A stretch of DNA of 64,000 nucleotides from Bdellovibrionales bacterium (GCA_964230645.1 CAXRHT010000002.1:1760001-1824000), one strand, 5' to 3'. Shown: positions 48,233 through 57,181, counted from the stretch's first letter. Notes: generated from the letters alone by a model not told the origin. Made by a program: numbers and translations.

Positions 48233-49650
48233 GCCGCCTCATCTGCTGCCTCTGCCGCGGGAGCCTCCTCTCCCACTCTTAAACACTGATCATGAGAAAT
48301 TAGGTTTTGAACCCGAGAGTTCACAGCACTCACCATCATGAGTTCGGTTTGATATCTTTGGATGTTCGCTAGTGCTGCCTCCCGGCGCTCTTGCTGTGAG
48401 GGCCTCCTAACTTCCGACAAATTAGGTGGTTCATGGAGAGGAACTCGAAGTCCCCCAGGATTTTGTTCTAAATAGGCTTCACCGTTGGGATAAAATCGCA
48501 AAACGTGATCTCGGCCTTCGTTCCGATAGAGATGCCCATCAGAGGCAATAATATAACGATGGTCTCCAATCACCATAGTGCGCCCATCACAACGAACTTC
48601 AGTCGCTTCTCTAAAGTTTCTACCTTGTGTGTGAATGTAGCCCTCAATGGCTAAACACGCCATCCTCGCCACCCGACCGTCACTGGACTGAGCCAGAGTT
48701 TCAAAACGATTGGGGTCGGCAATAATTCTTGCCAATTCTTCATGGAAAATTTCGCGAAGCTCTTCACCCGTGCGCCCTCGACAGTCGGCAATTGTGCGCT
48801 CCTGGCCGGGGCGCAGACCTCGGTTGCCACATTCATCGAAATCAAAAAAAGTTTGGATCACTGGTTGAGAAGCCGAGGAGATTCCCCACCAAGCCAAAGT
48901 CACTCGCCCACCAATGATTCCTCTGAGCGCTAAAGCTCTCACGGCAGCCCAACCACCAACGTTGGCAAGGGTTGTTCCTGTTGCAACTGTGATTCTATTT
49001 TTTATGGCTGGACTCACTCCTTGAACATTTTCGTAGAGTTCCGGGCTGTTAATTCTGGTTTCACTTCGTCTATTGTCTGCTAGGTAATCTCGAAAAACTT
49101 CATCACAAGTTTTATTAAAGGAACAAGTGGCCATGGCACGCCCTGTTTCGATCACCTCTCGACACTGATTTTTTTCATCGGCGCTTAATGGCTGACTGAA
49201 ACGCTCGTAAGGTCTTAAAAGGTTTTGGCACTCTCCCCATTTTGAGGACAAATTTTCTTGGCCGATCGCCTCTAATCTTTCCACTATTTGTTGTGCTCGT
49301 GTTGATAGTAGCTGTGGTGACCGAGTGTTGGCATCCACACTATGAGAGCGTCGATACACCCAACGCCCTTCTTCCATAGCGATAGGAAAGTGGTGATTGT
49401 TTTCAGAAAAAAAATAATCGCCACTGTCGACGTTGTATAGAACCGCATGGCTTCCCGAATATGGGATTCTCAGTTGATGGCGAAGACTTCCGTCACGATT
49501 CAATTGAATGGATCCGAGTGGATCAGAATCGCTTGATGGACGAGCCATCATTGAGTTTCTGCTTTGACACTCTAGGGACTGAGCAAAAAGAGTGTGTCCC
49601 CAGAAAAAAGCAGTGATGAATGCGATGATAAGTTTGAGCCCATTTGCCAT
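48226..49650 (-). CDS. Hypothetical secreted Arg-rich, Lys-poor protein
   Basis: 474-aa ORF, signal peptide ending LFA, 10 Cys, central Gly/Ala hydrophobic segment. Confidence 0.8.
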   Translation of the reverse strand: MANGLKLIIAFITAFFWGHTLFAQSLECQSRNSMMARPSSDSDPLGSIQLNRDGSLRHQLRIPYSGSHAVLYNVDSGDYFFSENNHHFPIAMEEGRWVYRRSHSVDANTRSPQLLSTRAQQIVERLEAIGQENLSSKWGECQNLLRPYERFSQPLSADEKNQCREVIETGRAMATCSFNKTCDEVFRDYLADNRRSETRINSPELYENVQGVSPAIKNRITVATGTTLANVGGWAAVRALALRGIIGGRVTLAWWGISSASQPVIQTFFDFDECGNRGLRPGQERTIADCRGRTGEELREIFHEELARIIADPNRFETLAQSSDGRVARMACLAIEGYIHTQGRNFREATEVRCDGRTMVIGDHRYIIASDGHLYRNEGRDHVLRFYPNGEAYLEQNPGGLRVPLHEPPNLSEVRRPSQQERREAALANIQRYQTELMMVSAVNSRVQNLISHDQCLRVGEEAPAAEAADEAAQ

Positions 49651-49660
49651 ACCGACAGTT

Positions 49661-49688
49661 TTATCGGCATTTTGGGCTCAAAATTTTA
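49661..49688 (-). promoter_or_regulatory. Sigma28 (FliA) promoter
   Basis: Minus strand TAAA-N16-GCCGATAA (both boxes match consensus), 10 nt before the ATG. Confidence 0.75.
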
Positions 49689-49700
49689 AAGTAATATCAT

Positions 49701-50069
49701 TTATTTCGCGTATTTACGGCGCATGCTCTCGCGAATCTCAGCACCTTCGATACTTAAACGAGTCCAAGGTATGGCTAAAAGTCTTTCAGCCTCAATGTAC
49801 TCTTCTGTTTCTTCACAGATACCGTAGGTTCCACCTTCGATTCTCGCTAACGCCTGCTCAATTTCAAAGAGCTGCTTGCGGATACGGTCGTGTTGGCCAA
49901 GCACTTCACTCTCGTTTAGCACTCGAACGGTTTGGTCAGCTTCGTCCCCGCCTTTTTCATCCGTGTGCAAATTCTTGCGAATGTCCCTGACACGATTCAA
50001 AAGCTCTTCCTTGGACTCAAGAAGCTTGTCTTTGCAATCTTCTACCAAACTCTTACTAATTGAAGACAT
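49701..50069 (-). CDS. dksA: DksA/TraR family transcription factor
   Basis: Coiled coil with DEAD tip, IEQALARIEGGTYGIC, ERLLAIPWT. Confidence 0.88.
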   Translation of the reverse strand: MSSISKSLVEDCKDKLLESKEELLNRVRDIRKNLHTDEKGGDEADQTVRVLNESEVLGQHDRIRKQLFEIEQALARIEGGTYGICEETEEYIEAERLLAIPWTRLSIEGAEIRESMRRKYAK

Positions 50070-50494
50070 CTTTCCCCCCTCATATAAACAGTAACTAATG
50101 TCGATATTAGTAATTCTAATCTAGCCCCATCTTTGGAACTGATCTATTTAGACACGTCACAGAGAAAAAAGGCAAGTCGAAATTCTTTTCAAACTTAAAA
50201 ACCATAGAAATTCCAGGCCTTTGTCAGGTCTAGGTTTCCACATTCACCATTTAAGATTGTTTAAGAAATTTTATAAAAGCCAGTACTGGCGCGACTTTAA
50301 TTCATTCTGCAATTTCTTGTCAGTTTCTTACTAAAATCGTTAGCGCGCAATTTAACAAACTCGCCAAATGTCAGTAACTCATTAATAAACCTAAACATTA
50401 CGAAAACAATCCTTAAACATTTTGTTGTTTTGCTATTAATTTAGGCTTTTAGAAGCCAGTGCCTCTCTTCTCTCTATAAGACACAAGCTTGGGA

Positions 50495-50956
50495 TCAATA
50501 GGTTAAACTGGTGTACTCCAGTGGTTCCCAAAGATTCTTTTCATAGATCCAGTGTTTGAATCCGTAATCGTCTTGCAAGTAAAGCCAAGCGTCTTCTCGC
50601 TGTAGCTTTTTGAAAGGGAGGTATTTGTGCCCCACTGTAAGAGCGGTTTTACCAAACTCGGTGCCGGGGCCTTTGCGAAGAATCGATTGACTCACCTTGA
50701 TTACGGCGCAGTCTATTTTATCTGTGACAAGTCCTGAGGCAATCCACATTTTTTTACCCTCAAGATCTTTTACGAAGTACCACCCGCCCTTATAGTCCAA
50801 TTCGATAAAGGGCATATACTTACCAACAGTCCAAAGTTTTTTTGAATTCACACTTGGCTTGGCTCTTAGGTTGGCCTGACTAGCCGTCACACACAAAGAC
50901 CATGAGATTGAGGGAAATACTAACCCCGTGAGAATGATAAAACGAAAAAGCGACAT
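50495..50956 (-). CDS. Exported tandem bacterial SH3 domain protein
   Basis: ANLRAKPS and ILRKGPGT repeats with conserved Trp. Confidence 0.82.
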   Translation of the reverse strand: MSLFRFIILTGLVFPSISWSLCVTASQANLRAKPSVNSKKLWTVGKYMPFIELDYKGGWYFVKDLEGKKMWIASGLVTDKIDCAVIKVSQSILRKGPGTEFGKTALTVGHKYLPFKKLQREDAWLYLQDDYGFKHWIYEKNLWEPLEYTSLTY

Positions 50957-51037
50957 ACACTTTAATCCTAGCACAGACGCCTAAAAAAGGGAGTGCGGCT
51001 GGTGACTCCCATACAAATGTCGTATAGGATTTGGCCC

Positions 51038-51979
51038 GTGGTCTTAGTAGAAAGCTTGTTTTTCCTCATCCTCGGCTTCGCTCTTCTTGTCTTTTCAGGG
51101 GATAAGCTGGTGGAGGCCTCTGTTCGAATTGCTAGACGTTGGGGCTTACCGGCCAGCGTGATTGCTGCCACTATTATCGCCGCAGGCACATCCGCTCCCG
51201 AATTTGTCACAAGCTTTCTTGCTGGTTTTCGCGGAAAAAGTGATATCTCTATTGGAAACGTAATCGGTTCAAACATTTTTAATATCCTAGCTGTGGGTGG
51301 ACTATCGCTAACCCTGCAATCAAAAGTCAGTGTGGCTTCCACGAAAATGTCTTGGATTGTACTTTGCTTATGCACTCTTATTCTTTTCTTTTTTATGCAG
51401 GATCTATTAATCACAAGGCCTGAGGCTTTGTTACTCGCTGTTTTACTGGTGGGCTTCATCTTTCTTTCCTACCGAAAAAAATCAGGGCCTAGTGACAGCG
51501 AGGAAGTGGCTGCCATCGAACCGGCTCCCCTTTCAAAAAGTATTGCCTTATTTATCGTTAGCAATATCGGCCTCATTGCCGGAGCTGAAATTGCCCTTAG
51601 GGGAGGGATCGCTCTTGGCGAATGGGCGGGACTCACAGAAAGAATTATCGCCATCACAATTATCTCGGCAGGCACCGGGCTTCCAGAACTTGCCACCTCA
51701 GTGGCTGCAGCCTATCGGGGCCATGGGGATGTTGCCATTGCCAATGTTATTGGCTCCAATATTTTTAATAGCCTTGCCATTCCAGCGGGAACGGCCGCTT
51801 TTTTTGCCCTTAATATCTCGGCTCGCTTTATTGGTTTTGATTACTGGATTATGGCTTTAGCAAGCCTCGCTCTCGGACTCCTATATTTCGCTAATAAGTT
51901 TATGAGGCGAACAATTGGAGTTGTTTTCGTTTTAGGCTATTGCAGCTATATCGCTAACCTTATTCTTCGCGACTTCTAA
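51038..51979 (+). CDS. Calcium/sodium antiporter (YrbG family)
   Basis: GTSAPE, GNVIGSNIFN, GTGLPELATS. Confidence 0.93.
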   Translation: MVLVESLFFLILGFALLVFSGDKLVEASVRIARRWGLPASVIAATIIAAGTSAPEFVTSFLAGFRGKSDISIGNVIGSNIFNILAVGGLSLTLQSKVSVASTKMSWIVLCLCTLILFFFMQDLLITRPEALLLAVLLVGFIFLSYRKKSGPSDSEEVAAIEPAPLSKSIALFIVSNIGLIAGAEIALRGGIALGEWAGLTERIIAITIISAGTGLPELATSVAAAYRGHGDVAIANVIGSNIFNSLAIPAGTAAFFALNISARFIGFDYWIMALASLALGLLYFANKFMRRTIGVVFVLGYCSYIANLILRDF

Positions 51980-52510
51980 TCATAAGCGGAAGAGATCGTA
52001 AAGTCTGTTTTGATCCACCTCTTCAATTTGTAGATTGTTTAGTGCCTTTTCTCTCAGACCCGGTATTTCCAAAAGCTTGGGAATGATATCTTCAAGCTTT
52101 TCTTTGATATCGCTTTCAAAGATAAACAATTTTTCATCTCTATTTTCTGTCTCCTTAGAGGGAAAACGAAAAAAGACGAGCATTTTATCAAAGGGGATAT
52201 AGTCCTGAGGCTGATACCACTTACTATCGTTTTTAAAAGCACTCACTTTAATAATGTTTTCATACTTCCACAGGATCATCTTTTTACGCGAGTACCGCTT
52301 CCTAACCCCCGTTTGATCGAATACGTAAGTCGGCACCTCTTGCCACCACCAATAAATTTCTAAAAAACAGGCTAACAAGGGTAAGGAGGCCAAACCATAA
52401 AATAAACCCATCCCTATTTCGACCCACAGAGGACGCGCCTCCCCTAATACGAAATAGGCCACTATAGAAACGCCGACAAATAAACCCAGGCTTCCTAGGA
52501 AGTTTTTCAT
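51980..52510 (-). CDS. Hypothetical membrane protein (2 TM plus soluble domain)
   Basis: Two hydrophobic helices followed by a beta-rich segment. Confidence 0.65.
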   Translation of the reverse strand: MKNFLGSLGLFVGVSIVAYFVLGEARPLWVEIGMGLFYGLASLPLLACFLEIYWWWQEVPTYVFDQTGVRKRYSRKKMILWKYENIIKVSAFKNDSKWYQPQDYIPFDKMLVFFRFPSKETENRDEKLFIFESDIKEKLEDIIPKLLEIPGLREKALNNLQIEEVDQNRLYDLFRL

Positions 52511-52598
52511 CAACCGAAAAAAAGAAATATGTAGAGTAACCACACTGAAAGTGTAATCGCAGAGCGACGCGCTTAAAAGACCAGTTTAATGGAAGGAT

Positions 52599-53120
52599 TT
52601 ACTCTTCGTCTTTTTCAACAGATTTTGACTTCGCCTCTATATCAATGACATTGTCCATACGACGACCGTGATCTTCTTTAAAATCGTAGTTGGAACGTTT
52701 GGTATGAAACGGATTTTGCTCGAAGTTTGCGTTGGAGTAGAATTTAACACTGCCATTATCAATACCGCGCTTCCACTGTTTCTTAAAATAGCTCTTCCAA
52801 AAAAGTTGGGTGACAGGAAAGATCAGACTCAAACCAATAACATCGGTTAAAACTCCGGGGGTTAAAAGTAAAAGTCCACCCACAAAGGTCATAAAACCCT
52901 TAGCAATGGCGTCTGATGGCAATTTGTTCTGTCTTGTCTGCTGCTGGATCTCCATGAGAATGGAATGCCCCTGCTTTCTTAAAAGCCAAGCTCCAACCAC
53001 ACCAGTGACAATGACAAGTAAAAGGGTGTTGGAAAAACCAATCGCACCACTTAAGCGAATGAGAAAATACAATTCCACAAAAGGAACGATGGTTAAAAGA
53101 AAAAGAAGTCTAAAAAACAT
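52599..53120 (-). CDS. fxsA: FxsA family protein
   Basis: PFVELY, GGLLLLTPGVLTDVIG. Confidence 0.9.
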   Translation of the reverse strand: MFFRLLFLLTIVPFVELYFLIRLSGAIGFSNTLLLVIVTGVVGAWLLRKQGHSILMEIQQQTRQNKLPSDAIAKGFMTFVGGLLLLTPGVLTDVIGLSLIFPVTQLFWKSYFKKQWKRGIDNGSVKFYSNANFEQNPFHTKRSNYDFKEDHGRRMDNVIDIEAKSKSVEKDEE

Positions 53121-53121
53121 A

Positions 53122-53892
53122 CTACAATTCCAATTCGAGCATCACCGGACAGTGATCCGAGCCCATTTGCTGATCCCATATATCAGCATTTTTTAAATGG
53201 GGAACGAGGTTTTCTGAAACGCAGATATAGTCAATTCTCCATCCCCGATTGGCGGGTCTGGCCATTTCCCGGTAAGACCACCAACTAAAGCGCTCTTTCT
53301 CATCGGGATGAAAATGCCTGAAAGTATCAACAAATCCAGCATCAAGAAATTGCGAGAACCATTCTTGTTCCTCTGGCAAAAATCCACTAACTTTGCACAA
53401 TCGTTTCGGATCGTGAACATCAATGTCTCGGTGGGCGACATTATAATCTCCCACGACGATCACCTTTTTCCCGGCCGCCAGTTGCTTGATTAAATGGCGT
53501 AGGAACTTCTTTAAGAACTCTTGCTTATAATGGTGGCGCTCTTCTCTAGCAGAGCCATTAGGAAAGTAGATATTATAGAGTAAAATATCATGAATTTGAG
53601 TGACGACTATGCGTCCTTCATCATCAAACTTTTTAATTCCAATGCCGTGTTCGACGTTTTCTACAGGGAGACGAGTATAGGTGACCACACCCGAATAACC
53701 CTTGCGCGTCATGGCTGAGGTCCAATAACTGTCGTAGTCCATTGGAGAGACGAGCTCCTCGTCCAACTGATCCGTATGGGCTTTAGTTTCTTGAAGACAT
53801 AAGATTTCAGGCTGTTCGCGTTCAAGAAAATCCAAAAAACCCTTTCGGTGACAGGCTCTTATCCCGTTGACGTTCCAAGTGACTAGCTTCAT
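53122..53892 (-). CDS. xth: Exodeoxyribonuclease III
   Basis: TWNVNGIRA, CLQETK, GDYN, GWRIDY, GSDHCP. Confidence 0.96.
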   Translation of the reverse strand: MKLVTWNVNGIRACHRKGFLDFLEREQPEILCLQETKAHTDQLDEELVSPMDYDSYWTSAMTRKGYSGVVTYTRLPVENVEHGIGIKKFDDEGRIVVTQIHDILLYNIYFPNGSAREERHHYKQEFLKKFLRHLIKQLAAGKKVIVVGDYNVAHRDIDVHDPKRLCKVSGFLPEEQEWFSQFLDAGFVDTFRHFHPDEKERFSWWSYREMARPANRGWRIDYICVSENLVPHLKNADIWDQQMGSDHCPVMLELEL

Positions 53893-54014
53893 GACACACC
53901 CCTTATAAGTGTCCCAGAACCTAGACGAATGGTTTCAGGAATTCAATTCTCTTTTGACTCAATCGCGTTAAAGCTCTACAAAATGAGCTGAACTTCAAAT
54001 GAAAGGGTTTTCTC

Positions 54015-54539
54015 ATGCCTATGATTGGACAACCAGCCCCACAATTCACAGCTCCTGCTGTTGTTGATGGTGGAGAATTTAAAGACGTTAACCTTGAGGA
54101 CTTCAAAGGAAAGTGGACCGTCCTCTTTTTCTATCCCTTGGATTTTACTTTCGTTTGCCCCACAGAAATCACTCAGTTCCGAGAGGCTCTTCCTCAATTT
54201 AAAGATTTAGGTGCGGAAGTTCTTGGTTGCAGTATCGACTCTGTTCATTCTCATAAAAGATGGATCCAAGACGACTTAAAAGATTTAGGCTACCCTCTTA
54301 TTGGTGACGTTACCAAAAGAGTGAGCCGCGACTATGGTGTCCTTATGGAAGATGAAGGCATTGCCACACGAGGGACTTTTATTATCGATCCTGAGGGAAC
54401 CATTCAATATATGGGAATTCACAATTTGAGCGTTGGAAGAGACGCTGGTGAAATTTTACGAGTTCTTCAAGGACTCCAATCCGGTGAACTCTGTGGTGCT
54501 GGCTGGACTCCCGGTGATAAGCACGTTGCTGTTAATTAA
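54015..54539 (+). CDS. ahpC: 2-Cys peroxiredoxin (AhpC/Prx1 family)
   Basis: FYPLDFTFVCPTE, RGTFIID, resolving Cys in ELCGAGW. Confidence 0.93.
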   Translation: MPMIGQPAPQFTAPAVVDGGEFKDVNLEDFKGKWTVLFFYPLDFTFVCPTEITQFREALPQFKDLGAEVLGCSIDSVHSHKRWIQDDLKDLGYPLIGDVTKRVSRDYGVLMEDEGIATRGTFIIDPEGTIQYMGIHNLSVGRDAGEILRVLQGLQSGELCGAGWTPGDKHVAVN

Positions 54540-54581
54540 TTTCCTATTACAATTGTTGCGACCCGAGGAGGGTCGCAATCT

Positions 54582-55694
54582 ATGACTCCTACGAAAGAAT
54601 CCATCCTTTCGCTGATCGAAAAACTTTTCCCAAAATCTTACCCAAAAGTTTCCAAACAAGATCTCATCAGCGATAATCTTTTTTCTCCCTTTAGAGTTTC
54701 TTTACCCAAAGAGGCTTTAGACGACGTTAAAAAGTTCACAAAAGAGCTCTACCTCATTAAAGAATCTAAAACCTATCAGGAAAAAATATCTCCGAAAAGA
54801 CCAATAGGTGATTGGCCGCAGACGCCTTCTCTTTTAACTTGCCTTGATTTCCACTACTCGCCGGAAACAGGTCTTAAACTCATCGAAATAAATACCAACG
54901 CCTCTCTTTATCTTCCCTTTGTATTGCATCGCTTTGGAGAAAAGGCTTTAGATACCGATGAAATGCAGTCCCTTTTGTCCTCTTTCAAAGCTTGCTTTGC
55001 GGACACGAAAGATCTCTCTATTTTAGACTTGGACCCGTCCAAGGAAGGTCTCTATTTTGAATTTTTGTTACTCAGTGAATGGCTGAATCAAAATGACTTT
55101 AATAGTAATGTGATTGCTCTTTCCGAGTACGATAAGAGTGGTAGAGATGGGATCTACAATCGATACACAGATTTTTATTTTGAAAATGAAAAATCACAAA
55201 GTCTCAGAAAAGATTATGAGGAGAAAAATAAAATCTTCTCCCCTAACCCCAGAGGCTATTATCTCTTAGCTGACAAAAAGAGACTGGATTTACTCAGAGA
55301 TTGCATGCTGCAATCAAACCAAAACCTAGCGAAAATGATTCCTGAAACCCTTCTATTCTCTGAATTTGAAAGCAAGGAAGACCTCTGGAAGAATCGCAAA
55401 AAATACTTTTTCAAACCCAGTCAGTCTTTTGGAAGCAAGGGCGCTTTCAGAGGTAAAAGCGTTTCAAGAAAAGCCTTTGAAAATTTATATGATCCCGATT
55501 TTGTAGCCCAAGAGTACTGTCCCCCTGGAAAACTCACTTTTAACCATAAAGATGAGGACATCACCATGAAGTACGATCTACGATTTTATGTCTTCAATGG
55601 TGAGGTTCAAAACTACGGGGCCCGACTTTATCAAGGACAGGCAACCAATATGAAAACCACCCATGGCGGCCTGGCTCCTGTTGAGTTTGAGTAA
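54582..55694 (+). CDS. Uncharacterised ATP-grasp-like ligase (circularly permuted / GspS-like)
   Basis: DFH...LKLIEINTN, LADK, FFKPSQSFGSKG, VAQEY, DLR, C-terminal GGLAPV. Confidence 0.65.
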   Translation: MTPTKESILSLIEKLFPKSYPKVSKQDLISDNLFSPFRVSLPKEALDDVKKFTKELYLIKESKTYQEKISPKRPIGDWPQTPSLLTCLDFHYSPETGLKLIEINTNASLYLPFVLHRFGEKALDTDEMQSLLSSFKACFADTKDLSILDLDPSKEGLYFEFLLLSEWLNQNDFNSNVIALSEYDKSGRDGIYNRYTDFYFENEKSQSLRKDYEEKNKIFSPNPRGYYLLADKKRLDLLRDCMLQSNQNLAKMIPETLLFSEFESKEDLWKNRKKYFFKPSQSFGSKGAFRGKSVSRKAFENLYDPDFVAQEYCPPGKLTFNHKDEDITMKYDLRFYVFNGEVQNYGARLYQGQATNMKTTHGGLAPVEFE

Positions 55695-55705
55695 ATAGTC
55701 CCCCC

Positions 55706-55879
55706 TGTCATTCTGAGGCGAAGCCGAAGAATCTTTTCCTCCTACTCTTCTCCATTGTCATTCTGAGGCGCAGCCGAAGATTCTTTGGCTACTACTCCTC
55801 TCCATTGTCATCCTGAGGCGAAGCCGAAGGATCTTTAGCTATTACGCAAGATCCTTCGCTCTCGCTCAGGATGACAATG
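55706..55879. repeat. REP-like array: three direct units at 50-bp period plus one inverted unit
   Basis: TGTCATYCTGAGGCGMAGCCGAAGRWTCT at 55706, 55756 and 55806; inverted variant at 55849-55876. Confidence 0.9.
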
Positions 55880-56081
55880 CGAGAGCTGACTGGAAGGAAT
55901 GCCCCCCTCATCTTTTCGACAGTTTCCCCGCCTTTCAAACAAAGTTTCCAAAGCTTTTCAAAAAGAGTCACAATTCTCTTCTGGAAATGATGCAAGCTCT
56001 TGTGAGACCTACAGTTTAGCTTGATACTAGAGTTTAATAAGGTTTTTGAAGATTTGGGAATTCTTACATTGAGGTGCCAAT

Positions 56082-57083
56082 ATGAAACATCTGATATTTG
56101 TTTTAATATTTTTGTTGTGGCCGGCGAAGGATCTTTTTGCCTCTTCTATTTTCCACCTTGAGAAAAAACAGGGGAAATGCCACTGGCTTTTATACAGTGT
56201 CGAAAACGATAAGGATAAAACTTACTACAAAACAGAGAAGTGTCCTAACCAGATTGTTTGGCTCAAAGATAAGTCTTTTTACTTTTCTGTTGGTTCGGAT
56301 ATTTTTTGGGCCAACCGGTGGGTCAAAAAACCCATAAAAATCGTAAACTATAAAACCGCCAAAACAGGCGTTACAAAAAATGATGAAGTCATCTGGGGTG
56401 TGAAAGGAAAATACAATTCCATCTACGCTCTTGTCATTGATCCCAAGCTCAAACATATGGCGGTCAACGGTCAAGACTCCTACGAGTACAAAGACCGCAG
56501 TGTGGCTTCAACCAGCTTTAACGGCATTCCTACTGAGGATAAAGCCGCCGGTATTGTCCGCCGCTGGAGTAAATCAAAAAAGAAATGGTTCACTGAGAAA
56601 GTAAAACTTGTGGGCCGCTTCAAAGAGACTGGTTTTGACGAGGACCTTTATAACAACAGTGTTTTAAGCTCTACACAAATTATTCACTACAACGAGTGCG
56701 CAGGATCTAATTGCGAAACTCTTCCTAATAACAGTGGCTGGAAACTTGATGAGTGGAAGGAAAAATTAAAGTTTATCGATGATGGTGTACAATCGGTCGG
56801 TTACCTGAAGCTTGATAAAGAGTCTGGACTTCTCTTTAAAAAATCATTGGGTGAAACTCTTCATCCCATCAAACCTTTTTTACTGTGTAAAAACGATTGT
56901 AAGGAAATCAGTGAGGTCGAACTGCCCAAAAGTTTCTCTGACAACTATGCGATCGTTAAAAAAGGTAAGCATGTTTTGGTCACTAACGAAGATCGGGGCA
57001 GCGTGGGAAATCTCTACACCTTTAACTCCCCAAAACCGGTTAAATCCTTCCGAGGTCCCATGGTTTTTTGGCACCCTTTTTAA
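56082..57083 (+). CDS. Hypothetical secreted Lys-rich protein
   Basis: GAGGTG SD, signal peptide, 333-aa beta-rich ORF with paired Cys. Confidence 0.78.
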   Translation: MKHLIFVLIFLLWPAKDLFASSIFHLEKKQGKCHWLLYSVENDKDKTYYKTEKCPNQIVWLKDKSFYFSVGSDIFWANRWVKKPIKIVNYKTAKTGVTKNDEVIWGVKGKYNSIYALVIDPKLKHMAVNGQDSYEYKDRSVASTSFNGIPTEDKAAGIVRRWSKSKKKWFTEKVKLVGRFKETGFDEDLYNNSVLSSTQIIHYNECAGSNCETLPNNSGWKLDEWKEKLKFIDDGVQSVGYLKLDKESGLLFKKSLGETLHPIKPFLLCKNDCKEISEVELPKSFSDNYAIVKKGKHVLVTNEDRGSVGNLYTFNSPKPVKSFRGPMVFWHPF

Positions 57084-57084
57084 C

Positions 57085-57181
57085 GGGGGGCCACCACCTC
57101 CTTCACAATCAATATAAAGGGGTGTGAGCGCGGTATAGCGCGGTGCACCTCTAACTTTCTTGTCAGTCCTCATGGGCTCCA
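57085..57181 (-). ncRNA. Candidate structured RNA (family unknown)
   Basis: GC-rich intergenic stretch folding into several hairpins; G-U pairs favour the minus strand. Confidence 0.35.

Noticed and set aside
41159..55694. Unified glutathionyl-polyamine pathway (speA/speB plus ATP-grasp ligase)
   Set aside because: The genes are more than 8 kb apart with unrelated genes between them; no sequence evidence links them
55706..55834. CRISPR array
   Set aside because: The 21-bp spacers are similar to each other, an inverted unit follows, and no cas genes are present; a REP-like tandem repeat fits better
55792..55995. 67-aa minus-strand ORF (VILSESEGS...DPSASPQDD)
   Set aside because: It is the translation of the REP-like repeat
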